A stretch of 64,000 nt of DNA from Pocillopora damicornis (GCF_003704095.1 NW_020844790.1:62001-126000), one strand, 5' to 3'; numbered from the stretch's first letter, positions 39,821 to 53,465 are shown. A program made the numbers and translations. Notes: generated from the sequence alone by a model not told the origin.

Positions 39821-41469
39821 TCAGATCCAAGAAACAAGTAACATCGCCATCACCACTACTAAAATGCAACAGGTGTTACCGGCAAGATCCCCTCTAAAGA
39901 AGCCGTCATCATCATGAGGAAGGTTTTCAACATTTCCTTTTTGATCACTTGATAGAGAATTGTGGGACGGTTGAATAGTGAGTTTAAAATCATCTTCATC
40001 AATGCTCACTACTGTTTCCTTATCGCTGATAACAGAATTTGTCTCAGTTCGGCTATCAAATTGGTTTTCGTCTAGATTTTGTAGCCCTGGAAGCTGGCAA
40101 AAAAAATTGCTCTAGTTAATGGTCAAAAATATTGATAAATGTAATTACGAAATTAGCAAAGAGTGACTGTGGAATTTTACTATAATATTTCATAATTTAT
40201 TTATTAGTCAATGCTATTGATCATCAGGTAAAGTCATTTCTTCACTTACTCGTATTTCAAGACTTATCAAAACTATCCATTACACAGAAGAAGTAATACT
40301 TTACTTTTCGTGCCTTTGTAAATAAAGATTTTTAAATTCCCCAAAAATCAGAATCAACAACAACAATAACAGAACATACCGGAGGCAGTTTCAAAGATTT
40401 GTTCAGCATTTTCCTCAGTTGTTCACATTTTAGGCAATCATCTTCAACTACGATTTCTTCACGATCGTCCTTAGTAGTTTTATCCTCTGTGTAGTGCAAT
40501 GTTAACTGCAACTCTAGCCAGGCAACTCTGTTTCTCAGGCGCTAAAATCGTAATGTATGTTGAGGAATGGTAGACCAAAACCAAATTTAGTTGTGTAAGG
40601 AATCATGCACTCAGATCCCCGTTTAAAGTCGAGTTCGATTTCGAGCCTTGAGTGATTGCTATACATGCCGCATGATTTTCAAGTCATAAGAAGTCTTCCC
40701 TCGTCATTTTTTACAATTGAATGCTTGAAACTTAAAAACGAAAAGCTTAGTAGTTGACTGGTGCGCGCGAGGGAAAAGTTCTGCGTGGGAGAAAACCAGT
40801 GTTTTTTTTTTTTCGCGATGCGTAAGTTTCCTGTCAGAGAAACTAACACGAAGGGTACTGATATTTTGGTAGCATCGTTTTACATTAAGGTTGCCTTTTT
40901 ATTTTTATTGAAAATTGTGCGTCGTTATTCGGGTGAAATTATATTACTTCAAAGATTCATGGCTTTGGTTTTTTCGGAAACCCATCCCTAGTAGACAAAC
41001 TTACTCGCTCTAAATTCAGAATGAGCTTGAAATTCTCGGCGTCTAAGCCCAATGAATTGTTGGAATATCTAATTTATATTACTTGTTGTCTGCGTGTGCG
41101 TCTATTTGCTCTTCAATCAACAACATCAGTCTTAGGCTAATCTTGATATGGCGAATGACGAACGAGTCTGGTGATTTTCATCAGGAAAAATCAGAGTTCC
41201 GTTGTATGACTCGCACCAAAATTGAAGCGGCCCAACCGCAATTGAAATATAGCATGGAATGACCCATATATTTTTTGAACTAGACCCTTTTTAGGTGCTT
41301 AAATAATTTCCCCTCAAAGAAAATGCTCAGTGGAAAACTGCAAACTTACCTGGATAGTTTTATTTTTGGATTTCAAGCGCTCTTTAAGCGTCTTGTGCCC
41401 AGATTGCTTCTTAGTTAAAAGGTTCATCATTTGGTTAGGTGGTACTTCACGACTACAAGAACTCAGCAT
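39821..41469 (-). CDS. Orphan small protein (~184 aa): N-terminal coiled coil, acidic linker, C-terminal TM anchor. Exons 41469-41350, 40541-40380, 40093-39821
   Basis: Three exons of 120, 162 and 273 nt, all phase 0, with strong sites (CAG|GTAAGT, TTTTAG|, CCG|GTATGT, TTTTTTTTGCCAG|). They join into one ORF: MLSSCSREVPPNQMMNLLTKKQSGHKTLKERLKSKNKTIQ-RLRNRVAWLELQL..CLKCEQLRKMLNKSLKLPP-LPGLQNLD..GNTCCILVVVMAMLLVSWI*. An in-frame TAG lies just upstream of the ATG. Confidence 0.72.
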
Positions 41470-42749
41470 GATCTAACTCTGATCGGCAGTGACAGTCCAT
41501 CTGCTTTCATTGTCTAAGTAAAGCATTGAACCCGAGCCAAAAGCGCTCTCCTGCGTCACTTAAAAACTAAATTGGTGAATGAAGCTCTGATTATCTCTAA
41601 ATTAACAATTATGCCCTGATGACGCAATCACAGGAATTCTTGAAGTAATGCACGCGCTTCCGACGTAGGTAATGAGTACTGCTAGAGGTCCGACAAATTT
41701 TCATTGATTCTTGATTGAAGAAATGTAAAATCAGCTTCGCGTCGTGGTTTCCTACGCTTATCTCGTTTCTCCCAACCTCCCGCGTGTTTACATCAGGCTA
41801 TGCAAACACGCAAACCATTTTACATTTCTTTTCATAAAATAACTAATGAAAGAGGAACGAAAACCGTGTTTACATACGCTCATGTAAAATGGTTTTATGG
41901 CCAATCAAAGCGCCCGCACTATTTGAATTATTTTATAATTTTATTTATGATTATTCTGATTGGGCTCTTTATGCAAAAATGACAAAACAAAATAAATTAT
42001 AAATAATATTCGCCATAGTATTTTGTTATTTTCTTTCCTTCCTCCTCCTTTCTCCTTCCATTTTCAGTCGACCGTTATTTAACACTTTGACAACGAGCTG
42101 ATGTAGTGGGGTATAATTTATATGCACAGCTGAGACAGAGGTCCAACTTGCATGCTAGAGCCTAGAATACTAGTTTACAAGAGTAACTTCTTCAGCAGTC
42201 ATATATATATATACAGATATATCCTTATTTATCAGAAAAAAAAAGCCAAAGAATTGTTTTTCATAGCCGCAGCCTGAGGCAATCTGTACGACAATAACAA
42301 ATCAAGGCATTTTGCGACAAACGCTTTGTTCAAGTGACTGTGTCATCTGTGGATTACCGAGTATTTTCATAATTATTCAATATTCGGAAATCACTGCTTG
42401 AAAGCATGGATAATCGATCTGCTATTTTCTCCAGAAGTGCGTGGACAGAACTCTCACATGAGCAGCAGTTCATTTCAAGAAAGAAAAACCGTTGGAAGGT
42501 ATTTCGCACGAGCAGACCATTATTTTTTGGTAGTTATTTGCAGTTCACGTGGTGGGCTAAAAGGCAAAATTCGTACATCGAGTGATGAGATATGACTTAT
42601 GCAATACATTTCTGAAGCCATGTTTCATATCATCAGTTTCAAATTTTTATTGAGCTGAGTGAGATTTCATGATGTTGAATATTCTGTCAAAAGACAAGTG
42701 AGAGTTAAATCTAAAATACTGTACATCAGTAATAAATCCCACGAGTAAG

Positions 42750-45700
42750 CTATGTTGTGATTTTCCTGACATGAGTCGACCCGGACTGGCATTCATTTGT
42801 ATCAGTGTGGTTTGTGGGGCTGAATCGTGACACACAATAAGCCTTTATCTTGCTATATGTCCGTTTGTTTGCCACAAAAGCCAGAAAAATGAAGAATCCT
42901 ATAAATAACAGGGGGTTAATGAATCACTGTATAAGTGGAACCACTTACATTAATTTCCAACTAAAAACATTGATTTAATGGAGATGAATGCTTGATCAGA
43001 AGGAAGGTGAAATAATTTCATATGAATTTTTGATCATGGTAACATGATAATGTGGTAACAAAACGTAGAATCAAGGAGTCTTCTATGGTGTAATTGATCA
43101 TAGTAGTATGATGATGGGGTAACAAAACGTAGAATCAACGAGTCTTCTATGATGTAGTCATTAGCGCCCTCGATATTAAGGATTAGATGACATTGATGTC
43201 TTCTGGCAAAAAGGAAAAAGAATATTCAGGATTGCACCTGAGTGGAATATTTGATTTTTTATCCAAAGGTTTTGGTCCGTTTCAATGATTCTTCGGTACA
43301 GATTAAAGTCATGGACCTGCCTTTTACTTGCTAACCGTCATTTGCATAGAAAACGTACCTTGAAGACTGTTTAAAATCACAAACAAATAATTCAGAAACT
43401 CCACTTTGGCAAATGGAACGATAAAACCCAATATCCAGGTGAAGCCAATAGACGAAGACAGCTTCAAGTACAGGATAAGAAGACTGGTCTCGTTACTTGT
43501 TACGTGACGCGTGGTCTGTCATGAAGGAAAAGGTTATTTGCTTTGTTACTAGCTAGGGACAAAGGACGAAACAGGGTACCAAAGAGAAGTTGACTCACAA
43601 GCAAAAGAATAACTTTCTGACGAAGAGCTAACGCTCGAAACTTCAGCTTGAGAAACTCTTAAGTGTGGCCAATTCACGTTATCAACTCAGTTGACAAAAC
43701 AAAACTATCTTGTGACCACCCCTCCCCCCACCGGCGCAGCATCACAATTTCTTACCCTATTTGCTCCCACAAACTTTCGACATTGCTCGTCGCTTGTCAA
43801 ATATAAATTTAGTGATGGCCTATCTCACCATGAAGTTCTCTGTAGTTCAGTGGTGAAGTGGATGAAGGTTTATGACTCATTTGCCATTTGGGACTTTTTC
43901 CATGAGAGTTTTTGCTTTAACCTACGCTAGTGAAAACAAAAATCCAACAGCATCTTTTTTTTCTTATTGACGACCTAGTTTAAAATTTATTGTCTTTCCA
44001 GTAATCTTTTAGGGAGTCTAAGATATTTGATTGGATCAAGATAAATGTCATAAGCTCATTGTCCATGAAGCAATAAGTACTTAGAAAAACGTGAGCAAGA
44101 TCAACTGAAAATACCATGGTTCCCTAAACCGTTAGAACTTCGGACAACCGCGAACCGCTCAATAACGGCCACCAACACTTTTACAGAGAAATAATCATGT
44201 TGAGTCAGGTCTTGCATGAATAGAAGAGAAACTTCGAGAACTACCTTCTTAACTTTCCAAATAGAGGCCATCGTGTAGGAAAGAGCAGCTATGTTGAAAA
44301 TTATGATGACTGCCACGGGTAGACCAAGTACCAGAAGAAGTGCTTTGCCATTTGAAATCCAGCAAAAAATGTCACCTAATTGAAAAATCAGGAAGCTCTA
44401 TAGAATGCATGGGAGAGACACGTGTGTTGATCAAGTGTACAGCAAGTAGTCATTGAATTAAATTACCAAACGAACTTTAAAAAAATATAGCGCTGAAATC
44501 TTGGAGAATGCACGTAAAGAGATTTTGAGGCGTGCATGTTGAGAGTTAAGGGGAACGACCTTTACATTAAGTAAAAAATCACAAAGACTGTATTCTGGGG
44601 TGGAAAAAAAATTTAAGAGAAACGAATGGAGCTGATAGGAAACAAGTCTGATTAAGGATAGCAGAGATTAGTATGGATTGCAGATAACCAGTTCTCATTT
44701 GGACAAACCACGAAGTAACTGCTTGTAGGAATAAATAAAGGGCCAAATAAAAGTGGGTGTTACGATATATTTCTAGGAATTCTACCCACAGGGCTCGAAA
44801 AAAAGTTCAGTCAGGGGTTGAGGGAGATTGTTTTCACTGTACCGTCGTACCGTATCCAATGCTGAATGCGTCTGTTTTATCCAGAGTTACACTTGTGATC
44901 ACAACAAGAGCAGGAGTGATCCAGGCAAATGCGCAGTATACCATTAACGCATTTGTGTTACCACTAGAACGAGAATGTGCTGGTTGCCCTGTTTTTGAAA
45001 ATAGATATATTTGTTAGTTTAAGCAATCGGAGAGACCAAGATAAGTCTCATAACCAATATCTCTAATTTTATTGACTCTAAAGTCTTACTCTATTTACAT
45101 CTGCGCTTTTTGCTTCCTTATACCTTTATTGCAAAGGACTTTAAACAAATGAATAAATTGATGAAATGCTAAATGCAGTTTGGAGGTTGGAGGTCTAATA
45201 GAAACAGGAGGTGCGAATTATGTAATTCAGACTCAGACCATAAAGTTCGCACTCAAGTTGTCCACAAACAAGTCAAAAATTGAAAATATCGATTTTCGTT
45301 CTCACCATGTCCTCCTCACCTACCGTCAATGATGATAAAGATAAAGGTAAACGTATTTTTGTAGCGCCGGTATCCTGATGTTCATTACAATGAATTTCAT
45401 GTTTGAATTCTTTAACTTCAAGAAAACAAGAGCTACGATTTAACCGTTGCTTTTGGTAAGGTGTTTTCAGGCTCCGAGACCAAAATAAGGTCAACACGTT
45501 TCCTTCTTACTACTTTACGAAAATATAATTTTCGACAGTATTTAGTGTGCAACTCCTAATTGATATCACACTGGTAAGAGAGCCTACCATCTCGGTTTAA
45601 AAGAAGCACCAAATATGCATCTTAAAGTCCATGAAATAAGTTACCTGTGGCTCCAAACGTCTTTGCCACATCAAATGCCAAAACTCCCATCCAGAAAAAT

Positions 45701-48700
45701 GAACACAACAGGAAATAATGGAGTAGAATGGACACCGTCATGCAAAAATGTGGCTTGTCGGTCTCACCAGATAGAAAGAACATGGTATGGTACAACAACA
45801 TTGCACAGGAAAGATTCATGAGGTTCTTCCCTGGCAAATTCCTCAGCTCTGCAATTGCAATGTAAGTACCAAGAAGAAAAAGTAGGGAGATTATGGAGGT
45901 GGTGCATCCGATGTACGTTAACACTTGTCGTGGTGTGATCTTTCTTGATGCGACTGTTTCTGTCACGACATAGTTACGGCTGAGGTTCATACAAAGGAAG
46001 AGAGATGACCCATTGATAAAGAAGCTTTCATTACCGTACGATTGTTTGTGCAATGGAATCCATACTGAGCCGTTAGTTTGAATTCTAACAGAATTTAGTT
46101 CCATTTCGACAAAGGAACAGTTGATGGAACTTTCATTATTCGTAGCAATGTGAACGCTGACTTGAATGCATTTTTCAGTGAAGGGATCAAAAACGGTTCC
46201 TTCAGCACACAGCTTGTTCATTACGACAGTCTTCTGTTTTCCCAGTCTTATGGTGTGGAAAGAGGAGGAAAAGTCGAATAAGATATCCAAGGGAGGTGTG
46301 CCAGGTTTTGTAGGTGGTGGTGGTGGTGGTGGTGGATTCACTGAGAAGCAGGCACAAGAATATGCGCTAATGTCTTTGCCCTTGCAGATTTCACAATGTG
46401 GATTCTTTTCTTGAGCGCTGTAACAAACAGGAAAGGCGTAAAATGAACATAAATCGGGCAGCAGTGGTTCTGCTTGAATTACTGTTGGATCTGAACAGCT
46501 TTGCTCTATGGCCAAGCATTGCTTTAGCAGATGCTTATTACCAGTTGGTGCTTTGAATTCCCATTCACATCTCGTCATTATGTATTCCAACATCTGTGAT
46601 CTGTCCTTTGGAACGTTATGAGTGCTAATACCTTTGCATGAGGCGGAGAATTTCCAGTATGTCTGATTCTTAGCATGATTGCATTTAGAACAGAACACAT
46701 TCTTGTACGTGAGTTTTTCCTCCATGTCTGTTACAGGCAAAAGTCTGAGAAGATTTGTCGCGGTGGGTTTTTCAACGCATAGGGAATTCAGACTCTGGTC
46801 GGGATTGTTTGATGGACAGCTGGAAATCATTACGAACCCATAATCCGTCGAGTTGTTCGTTTTTATACACTTCTGCTTAGTAGGGCTCTTTTTCGGTGTC
46901 TTGGAAACCTTACACCTTGAAGAAAAGGGATACGTAAGTACGACTGGCCGACTGAACTGAACTGAAAGGTCACAGAAACTGCCAATGTGGAAAAAAAACT
47001 AGTTCAATTAAGTGGTTAATCGATCGGGATGTCAAGTATCATTCCCTTAGTTAGTCAATCTGTACTTTCATGGTCTCCTATGTATGTGAGTTAGTCTGTC
47101 CATCCTCATATTGAGGTATAAAACTGATCTGTGTTATCTAAAAGGTGTACCACTGTGCTAGCGAATTGAAGGTTGACCAAAGATCTTTAATCTTAAAAGA
47201 AGAAAAAAGTCGTATTTGGTCTGATGAAGATGTTGATGTTGAGTGCTTTAAAAAGTAAACTTTTTTGGTGGAAAGTCAGCCACTGAGGTAGTCAAGGAGT
47301 CAGGCAGTCGACCACTCATCCTTCCCCTTCGATGGATCAACCTCATTTATGTTAATAGACATAACGAAGTATCAGTGAAATTTAGTATTATCAACTGAGT
47401 TGATAACGTAAATTGCCCACTGTAAAGAGTTTTAAAAGCTGACGTTTCGAGCGTTAGCCCCTCGTCCTCGCTCGAAACGTCAGCTTTTCAACTCTTTACG
47501 GTGGCCAATTTACTTTATCAACACAATATATGTACTAGATTACCCTGTTATACTCTCCCACCGACGCAATAAGTAAATTTCTTTAGAAAATTACCCCCTT
47601 TATTCATTTGAAGTAAAATGCGCAAGATGAAATCCATGACCTTTCTTTCTGAAACTGCTTCAAGCTGCGTCAAAGAGCTTCTATTTAGAGAACTACGAAA
47701 TATTTATGTGTTATCTACTAACCAGGAGATGAAAGAACTTTGGTAAACTTAAGGTTTGAAGCTAAACTCGACGCCGCACAAATTGAAAATGCATATGAGC
47801 AAGCAAATAATGCCTTCATATGGAATTGACAAGAACAGAGGTGTTTTCAAGGATTAAGCTACAAGACTTAATTGTCAAAAGAGTGGTTTGCAGTTTGCAT
47901 GTTATCACTCTTAGTTCTAAATGTTTTGGGAAGGGAATCAAAATAGGCCACATTAGGTGTTCAGGTTAACCCACTTCGAGAAAAAAATTCATCCTTTGTA
48001 GATCCTTCTTGGAAATTAGAGAGTGCATGGCAATAACGACATAACAATGAAGGAATTACTTTAGAAATTAGTCCTTCTTGAAAGGACTTAGTTTTCCAAC
48101 TTAACCCCCCCCCCCTTCCTTATCCTGTCAAAATGTATTACCTCAAGAAGTAATCGAAGCAACAATCCCCCAACTTGAAACATAACGTATCGCAATAGCA
48201 AGGCCTTTTGTACGCTCGTTCTTGGTCTTGGTCGTCCAAAGGGCATATCCGAGTGCAGGAATACTCGGGTGAGGGGCACATCCTTGTCATATCAAATGGG
48301 GAAGAAGTCATGTTTAGTCTGATGAGGAGGCTGCTTGTGCTTATGGTCTTGTTATGATACTGAATCAGCAGATCCTTTACGGCTGGTGCAAAAATAAAAT
48401 GAAATTGCGAACAATTAAATAAAATGAGAAACAGAAAAGTTCAATTAAATAGTACTTGATATTTCCCTATATTTTTAACTTTAAATGTTCTTAAATTCAC
48501 AGTCATAAAGTCATAATATCCCCACCATGGGAATATTTAATCCACCAACTGAAAGCTTACATACTCTCAAGAAGATTTTGTTGTTTCTTGAACAATTCTA
48601 ACTTTTCCTGGCTCCTGAAATTATTGAAGACAGCCTAAAAAATATAGCCTGGTTTAATCAAAACCTTTTATCATTATACATTTAGTCTAAAGCAGTTCTT

Positions 48701-49530
48701 AAACTTGTATTTAGACGTCTCAACTGAACCACGCTATATTAGAGAATACAGATGTTGATTTCAGAGAATCTGGGTCAGAAGACTGCTGGGCGTGATACAA
48801 CGCTGCAAGGCTTCACAATTTATTGGGGTCGTCTCAATTCTTCATTCGTTTGAGGTTGTGGAACTAATTGACAATTGATATTTTGGAAGCTATAGGTCCC
48901 CATAAGTAAAACACAATTAGTAGAATTAAAGATATTAGACACCCAGAAATCCTTCAACAGCATTTTTGTATTGCTCTCTTTAGTAAGAGTATGGCCTTCT
49001 TTACATCGCATAGAGTTTTAATAATGACAATGTAGCTGTATTACAACATGAACCGTATAAAAGTATGGAGGCGTTAGTAACAGAATATCTCAGTAAAGTA
49101 CTAAAACGCGCATTTTATAACGTTCAAAGTCGACAACAGTCCCGGCTTTAGTTACATACACTCTATATTTCTGACTGGGAAGCTGGGGGGAGGGGGGGTT
49201 GGGAGGGACTGCTTATTAGTAAACCATTTTCTGATCCTGGCCGATTCAGCCTCTTCGCCGTTTTCAAGCCATTTTTTTCCGGAAAGTTGCATTCATTGCT
49301 CAGCCCGATCTGTACGTACAAGTCAAGCACTGTCACTAAGGGCAAATGCAGATAGAGACGTTATCTTGCTATTTCTACTTACGTGCGGGAGTAGATAAAG
49401 AAGGTTGGATTCCTGATGCGGGAGTAAATGGAGGAGGTTGCAATCCTGTTGTATTTGGTGCAGGTACTGATGAGTTAGCTGCTTTTTCAAAGCCACAAAA
49501 GAGCATCACAGTGAATATCAAGATCAGCAT
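42750..49530 (-). CDS. Secretin/adhesion-class (Methuselah-like) 7TM receptor D with somatomedin-B domain (~744 aa). Exons 49530-49383, 48382-48142, 46915-45645, 44988-44851, 44375-44245, 43515-43359, 42898-42750
   Basis: Seven GT-AG exons sum to 2235 nt in frame. Signal peptide MLILIFTVMLFCGF; SMB motif YSCTRIC..CYCDTLCFKLGDCCFDYFLRC; YKNVFCSKCN, KNPHCEICKG; ELRNLPGKNL, LHYFLLCSFFWM, FAWITP, GYGDIFCWI, GFTWILGF, NSLQGFFIFLAFV. Confidence 0.9.
43031..43158. repeat. ~64-bp tandem duplication
   Basis: ggtaacaaaacgtagaatcaa(g/c)gagtcttctatg occurs twice in tandem. Confidence 0.8.
43614..43752 (+). repeat. Penelope-like repeat fragment in an intron of receptor D
   Basis: ctgacgaagagctaacgctcgaaacttcagc..ggccaattcacgttatcaactcagttga..cccaccggcgcagcatcacaatttctt. 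Confidence 0.68.
47378..47606. repeat. Penelope-like repeat, hairpin copy with central deletion, in an intron of receptor D
   Basis: gctgacgtttcgagcg..cgctcgaaacgtcagc inverted arms plus the tail ctcccaccgacgca..tttctttagaaaattaccccttt. Confidence 0.72.
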
Positions 49531-49964
49531 CGTCTTTAGACCAACAGCTTGTGTAATCTGCAAGAAGTGAAGTAGTGGATTGCCCCATTACTGATTTGCT
49601 TTAGTGTTATTAATGCTCTTAAAACGGTGGTTAGTTTGAAGTCACACACAGACGAGAATTGGTCCTCGTGGCACTTTAAACTCTAGCTTGCCCGCGAATG
49701 CTTTGCACAGCTTCCACGACTTATGTAAATCCTGTTAGGATGCTTTGATTTAAAAACAGAAAAACTACGAAAGGCCCAGAACTGATATTTACAATTTGAA
49801 TAGCAATATTATTCTCATAGAAAAGTAAAACGAAAAATACTTCTTTTCTCGTGAACAAGTCAATATACCTATGCGTCATTCCTATCAGGCATTTAATTCA
49901 TTTTATTTCCTTTTATATAGAACACAGCACATTTCCGCTGAAAGCCCTGGTTCTTTCTATCAAT

Positions 49965-50175
49965 TCTCTTACTCCTAAGAGTGAACAAGGCAGAATTTAC
50001 CTTTTTATAGAAATATAATATCTCGCACATAAGTGATGGTTACAAGAAAGATATCAATTAGGAGATTATTATTTTGTAGTTGATCCAATACTAAATCCTC
50101 CGAACAAACATCATAAGAATTGTAGGGCAGACAGTAAAGAGATTATTGATGAGATCTTGAGAGTGAAAAGGATAA
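49965..50175. repeat. MITE-like repeat (family copy 3)
   Basis: Aligns by eye with 2178-2390 (gatatcaattag..ttgatccaatactaaat..ggcagacagtaa..gatgagatcttgagagtgaaa). Confidence 0.7.
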
Positions 50176-50784
50176 AAGAAGCACTAACATGAAATAATAT
50201 CTAGAGGTATAATAACCATAACGGTACCACAATCTGCATGTATCGTATTTCTCTATTCCATACTTATGTTCAAGTGGGCTTTTTACATCTGACCAGCTGG
50301 AATTTGGCAAGAGAATTAAGAAACGGATGAATTTTTTGGGCGCATTTTTTTTCTTTCTTAAACGAAAATAAAAGTCGACTGTTTTTTTTTTCCATTTCTA
50401 GTTGTAACGGTCAAATCATTTAAGTAAATAGCATTTTTAAGATCACTCAGTTGCTCTTTCCACTCTTCGCTTGAGTCCATCGTTACGATAGGTTTGTCGC
50501 CTACAACTAGACTTTCGCAGGGAACGCAACGGTAACGGAGGAAATAACTTGATGGGCACGACATAGCTGCGGGAATGGAAACTCGTATCGGCGTTTCCTG
50601 CTACACGAGACGTACTTCGGCATGCTTAGTTCGGGCGTAAAGAGTCAAATTCCGTCTGTTTCTCACTGAAGTTTATTTTATTTCACGCCGACAGCTGCCA
50701 TGAACACTAGCGTACTTAATAGTGTAATCTTTCTGATCACAAGTAGAGTGAACGATGTAAGCAAAAGGTTTACGATGTACTTCC

Positions 50785-50992
50785 CTAACCTCATAACTCC
50801 CGTGAGCGACCAAGACAGAATTTCTCCTGACCATATCATACAATATCATGCAGACAAGTTAGGAGAATAAAGAAAAATATTAATTATGGGATGACTAATT
50901 GATCCAAGACCAAATTCTCCAAATTAATACAATGAGAATCATTTGGCAGTTAATAAGGAGAATTTATAATGAGATTTTGGGACTTAAAGGGT
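50785..50992. repeat. MITE-like repeat (family copy 4)
   Basis: actcccgtgagcgaccaagacagaatttctcct..ttgatccaagaccaaattctccaaa..gagattttgggacttaaaggg. Confidence 0.75.
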
Positions 50993-51795
50993 CAAGTACT
51001 CTTGAGCGTGGGGTTCTATTGTTCTCTAAATTTACACTTTACGGTAATTTCTACTTAAATATTCCATCTGTCCGGAGAACACTAACCAAGAAACGGGGAA
51101 TTAATCATATAGTTTCGAAATTAGTTGCGGTAGAGCAACGTAGAAAGTAAAAATAAGAAGTTAATTAAAATTTCTGCTTATCTATGCGATGTTGGTGTTA
51201 ATTTTGAACAGGTGGCAACGAGGAAAATTATCGTATGAAAAGAACTAAATTACGGACGCAAGTTCAGCTGGCAACTTTCCTGAGAAATAATTTACCAGAA
51301 AAGGTCGCTACCAGGTGCACCAAGGCGGCGAGTACAAAGCGATATTTACTATTGATAGTTGAAAGACCTTACTGTTGCCTTTTATTTTTTTTAAACATTA
51401 AAATGAAAGAAACGCAAATGAGTTGAGAACGGCTAAAGTAATAAATAAATTGTTCCAAGTCGCACGGAAAATCACTAAATTTTTCCTTAAGACTATGAAA
51501 AAAAGAGCTACAACAAAATACAATAAAAAAGTAAAAAAACAAAAAACAAAATATTAAGGAAGAAAAAAGCAATGGAAAGAAACAAAAAGCAATGGAAGCT
51601 GTTTTGAGAATAATTCTTTCATTCTCTGAAACATTCTGTTTTTCTAGATTAAACTAAGGGAAAGTCGACTTTACAAAATTTTTGTACATACGAGAGAATC
51701 TGTCAGGTATTTTTTATTTAGTTTTATTCGCTAAAAGGAAAAAAAAGTAATTCATGCAATGCCCATAAAATTAACTCAACAGGCCAGTCGCATTT

Positions 51796-53465
51796 CCTTA
51801 CTTTGCACAATATTACAACGTTGACACGAAGTTGACAAAACTATGTTTTCTAACCAAGTAATCTGCAGAATGTTTTGGAAAAGTTACCTGTATGTAACAC
51901 ACTGACGATTCTTTAAAGATTAAACACAGTTTTAAAGTGATAACTTCCAATCGTTTTAAAATATAAGAAAAAAAATTCTACTCACTATTCTTCAATTCCT
52001 ACTTCAGACCTGGATTATCTTTTCCAAATGTATTTCAGTTCTAATGGTCCCACGTTGTACGACATACGACGTTATTCAAAAAGCTGGCAATCGTTGGCCC
52101 AATCTAGGAGCCCTATAGGAGAGGCATAAATAACCAAAATAAAAAAAAAGCATTTTCAAATTAGACAAAAGTGCAAAATCAAGATGCCATCCCTTCATTT
52201 AAATTTTTTACAAACCTCAAGTTTCAGCTATTTCTTATTCACTTTCGACAAAAGTATTCTGCGCTCGATCTTGCCTGGCACGTATTAACAAACCTCAGCG
52301 AGCGATTTTACCCAGAATCAATCTGCATCATGGAACTTGCACATGATATTTTTTTAACATCCTTTTTTTCAGCGTGAGCCGCAATAGCGCCAGCACCAAC
52401 TAAATTCGTATTTTAAGCACTAAATTAGTTATATATTATCATGACTAGGCATAACTATGCAAATTTGATTCTTCGTCAATCTACTTAGTATATTTTATCC
52501 CTAGCAAAGCTAATTATGCGATAAACATGAAACTAAATAAAAAGGTTCATTTTTGTGGACCTTAATCTTGTTTTAACCATAAGCTCCTAATTTTCCAGAA
52601 AAAAATGGAATTTCCATAACGAACAAAGAATAAAACATGGAAAATTTGCCGCAATGCTACCGAATGGGCAAATCTGATCGTTTTAACTGAGGTATTCTCC
52701 TAGTCATTTACCTCATGACATTTCAGCCCTGTAAGTTGTTCGATTCTTTTCTGTCTACCTTAAGTCATTGCTATACTTAAATGATTTATCTCTTAATCCA
52801 ATAATGTCAGTAGAGGGAAAGAAATTGTGATGACTTGTTTAAGGCTTTCCTTTTGACTTAGAAGAATAGAAATATGCTCAATCCTTCGTAAAATTAACTT
52901 CCTTGCAAACAAAAAGACATCTCTCTTCCCTTTCAAAGGACGGGAAGCTCCGGACATCAGTAGTTTTTGTTGCTCACCATTATTTCATCGTCCTCCCTCG
53001 CAAGAAGGTTCCTTTAAGCGTAGGCAGATACTATTAAAAGTATGAGTTTGTTACGCAGGTTGAAGTTTATGACCAAACATGTCAGAAACACAACTGGTAA
53101 AAGAGAGAAACGTTTACTTTCACGATTATGGCTTGATTTCACAATGCCTCATGATCTAATGAGTTTTAAACCTAAGCCAGCTGAGTATATATCTTTTCAA
53201 GTGTAAATTATTTACGATGAAACGGTTCCATATTTGAAATTTTTTTTTTTGCATGGGTTAAGCAAATATCTTATAACTTAAGTGTAACCTGTCTCATTTA
53301 GACTGAAAAGAAACTTATTGGATTTTTGAAACTAATAAATCTTTTCGATTGTACTAGCACCAAATCCTCTAATGTTCTTTCTGCACTTTTTCTGCAATGT
53401 CTTTTGTACATTGGTGGGTTTTTTAAAATTCATTTTCCTCTGATTGTCAAATATCCCATTTCCTC
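51796..53465. repeat. Left arm of an inverted segmental duplication (partner 59730-62003)
   Basis: For example ccacgttgtacgacatacgacgttatt (~52050-52076) is the reverse complement of aataacgtcgtatgtcgtacaacgtgg (~61776-61802), and taagccagctgagtatatatcttttca matches ~60258-60284. Confidence 0.9.

Noticed and set aside
50358-50564. 68-aa ORF upstream of receptor D
   Set aside because: No splice partner or domain recognised; receptor D has its own signal-peptide ATG at 49530.
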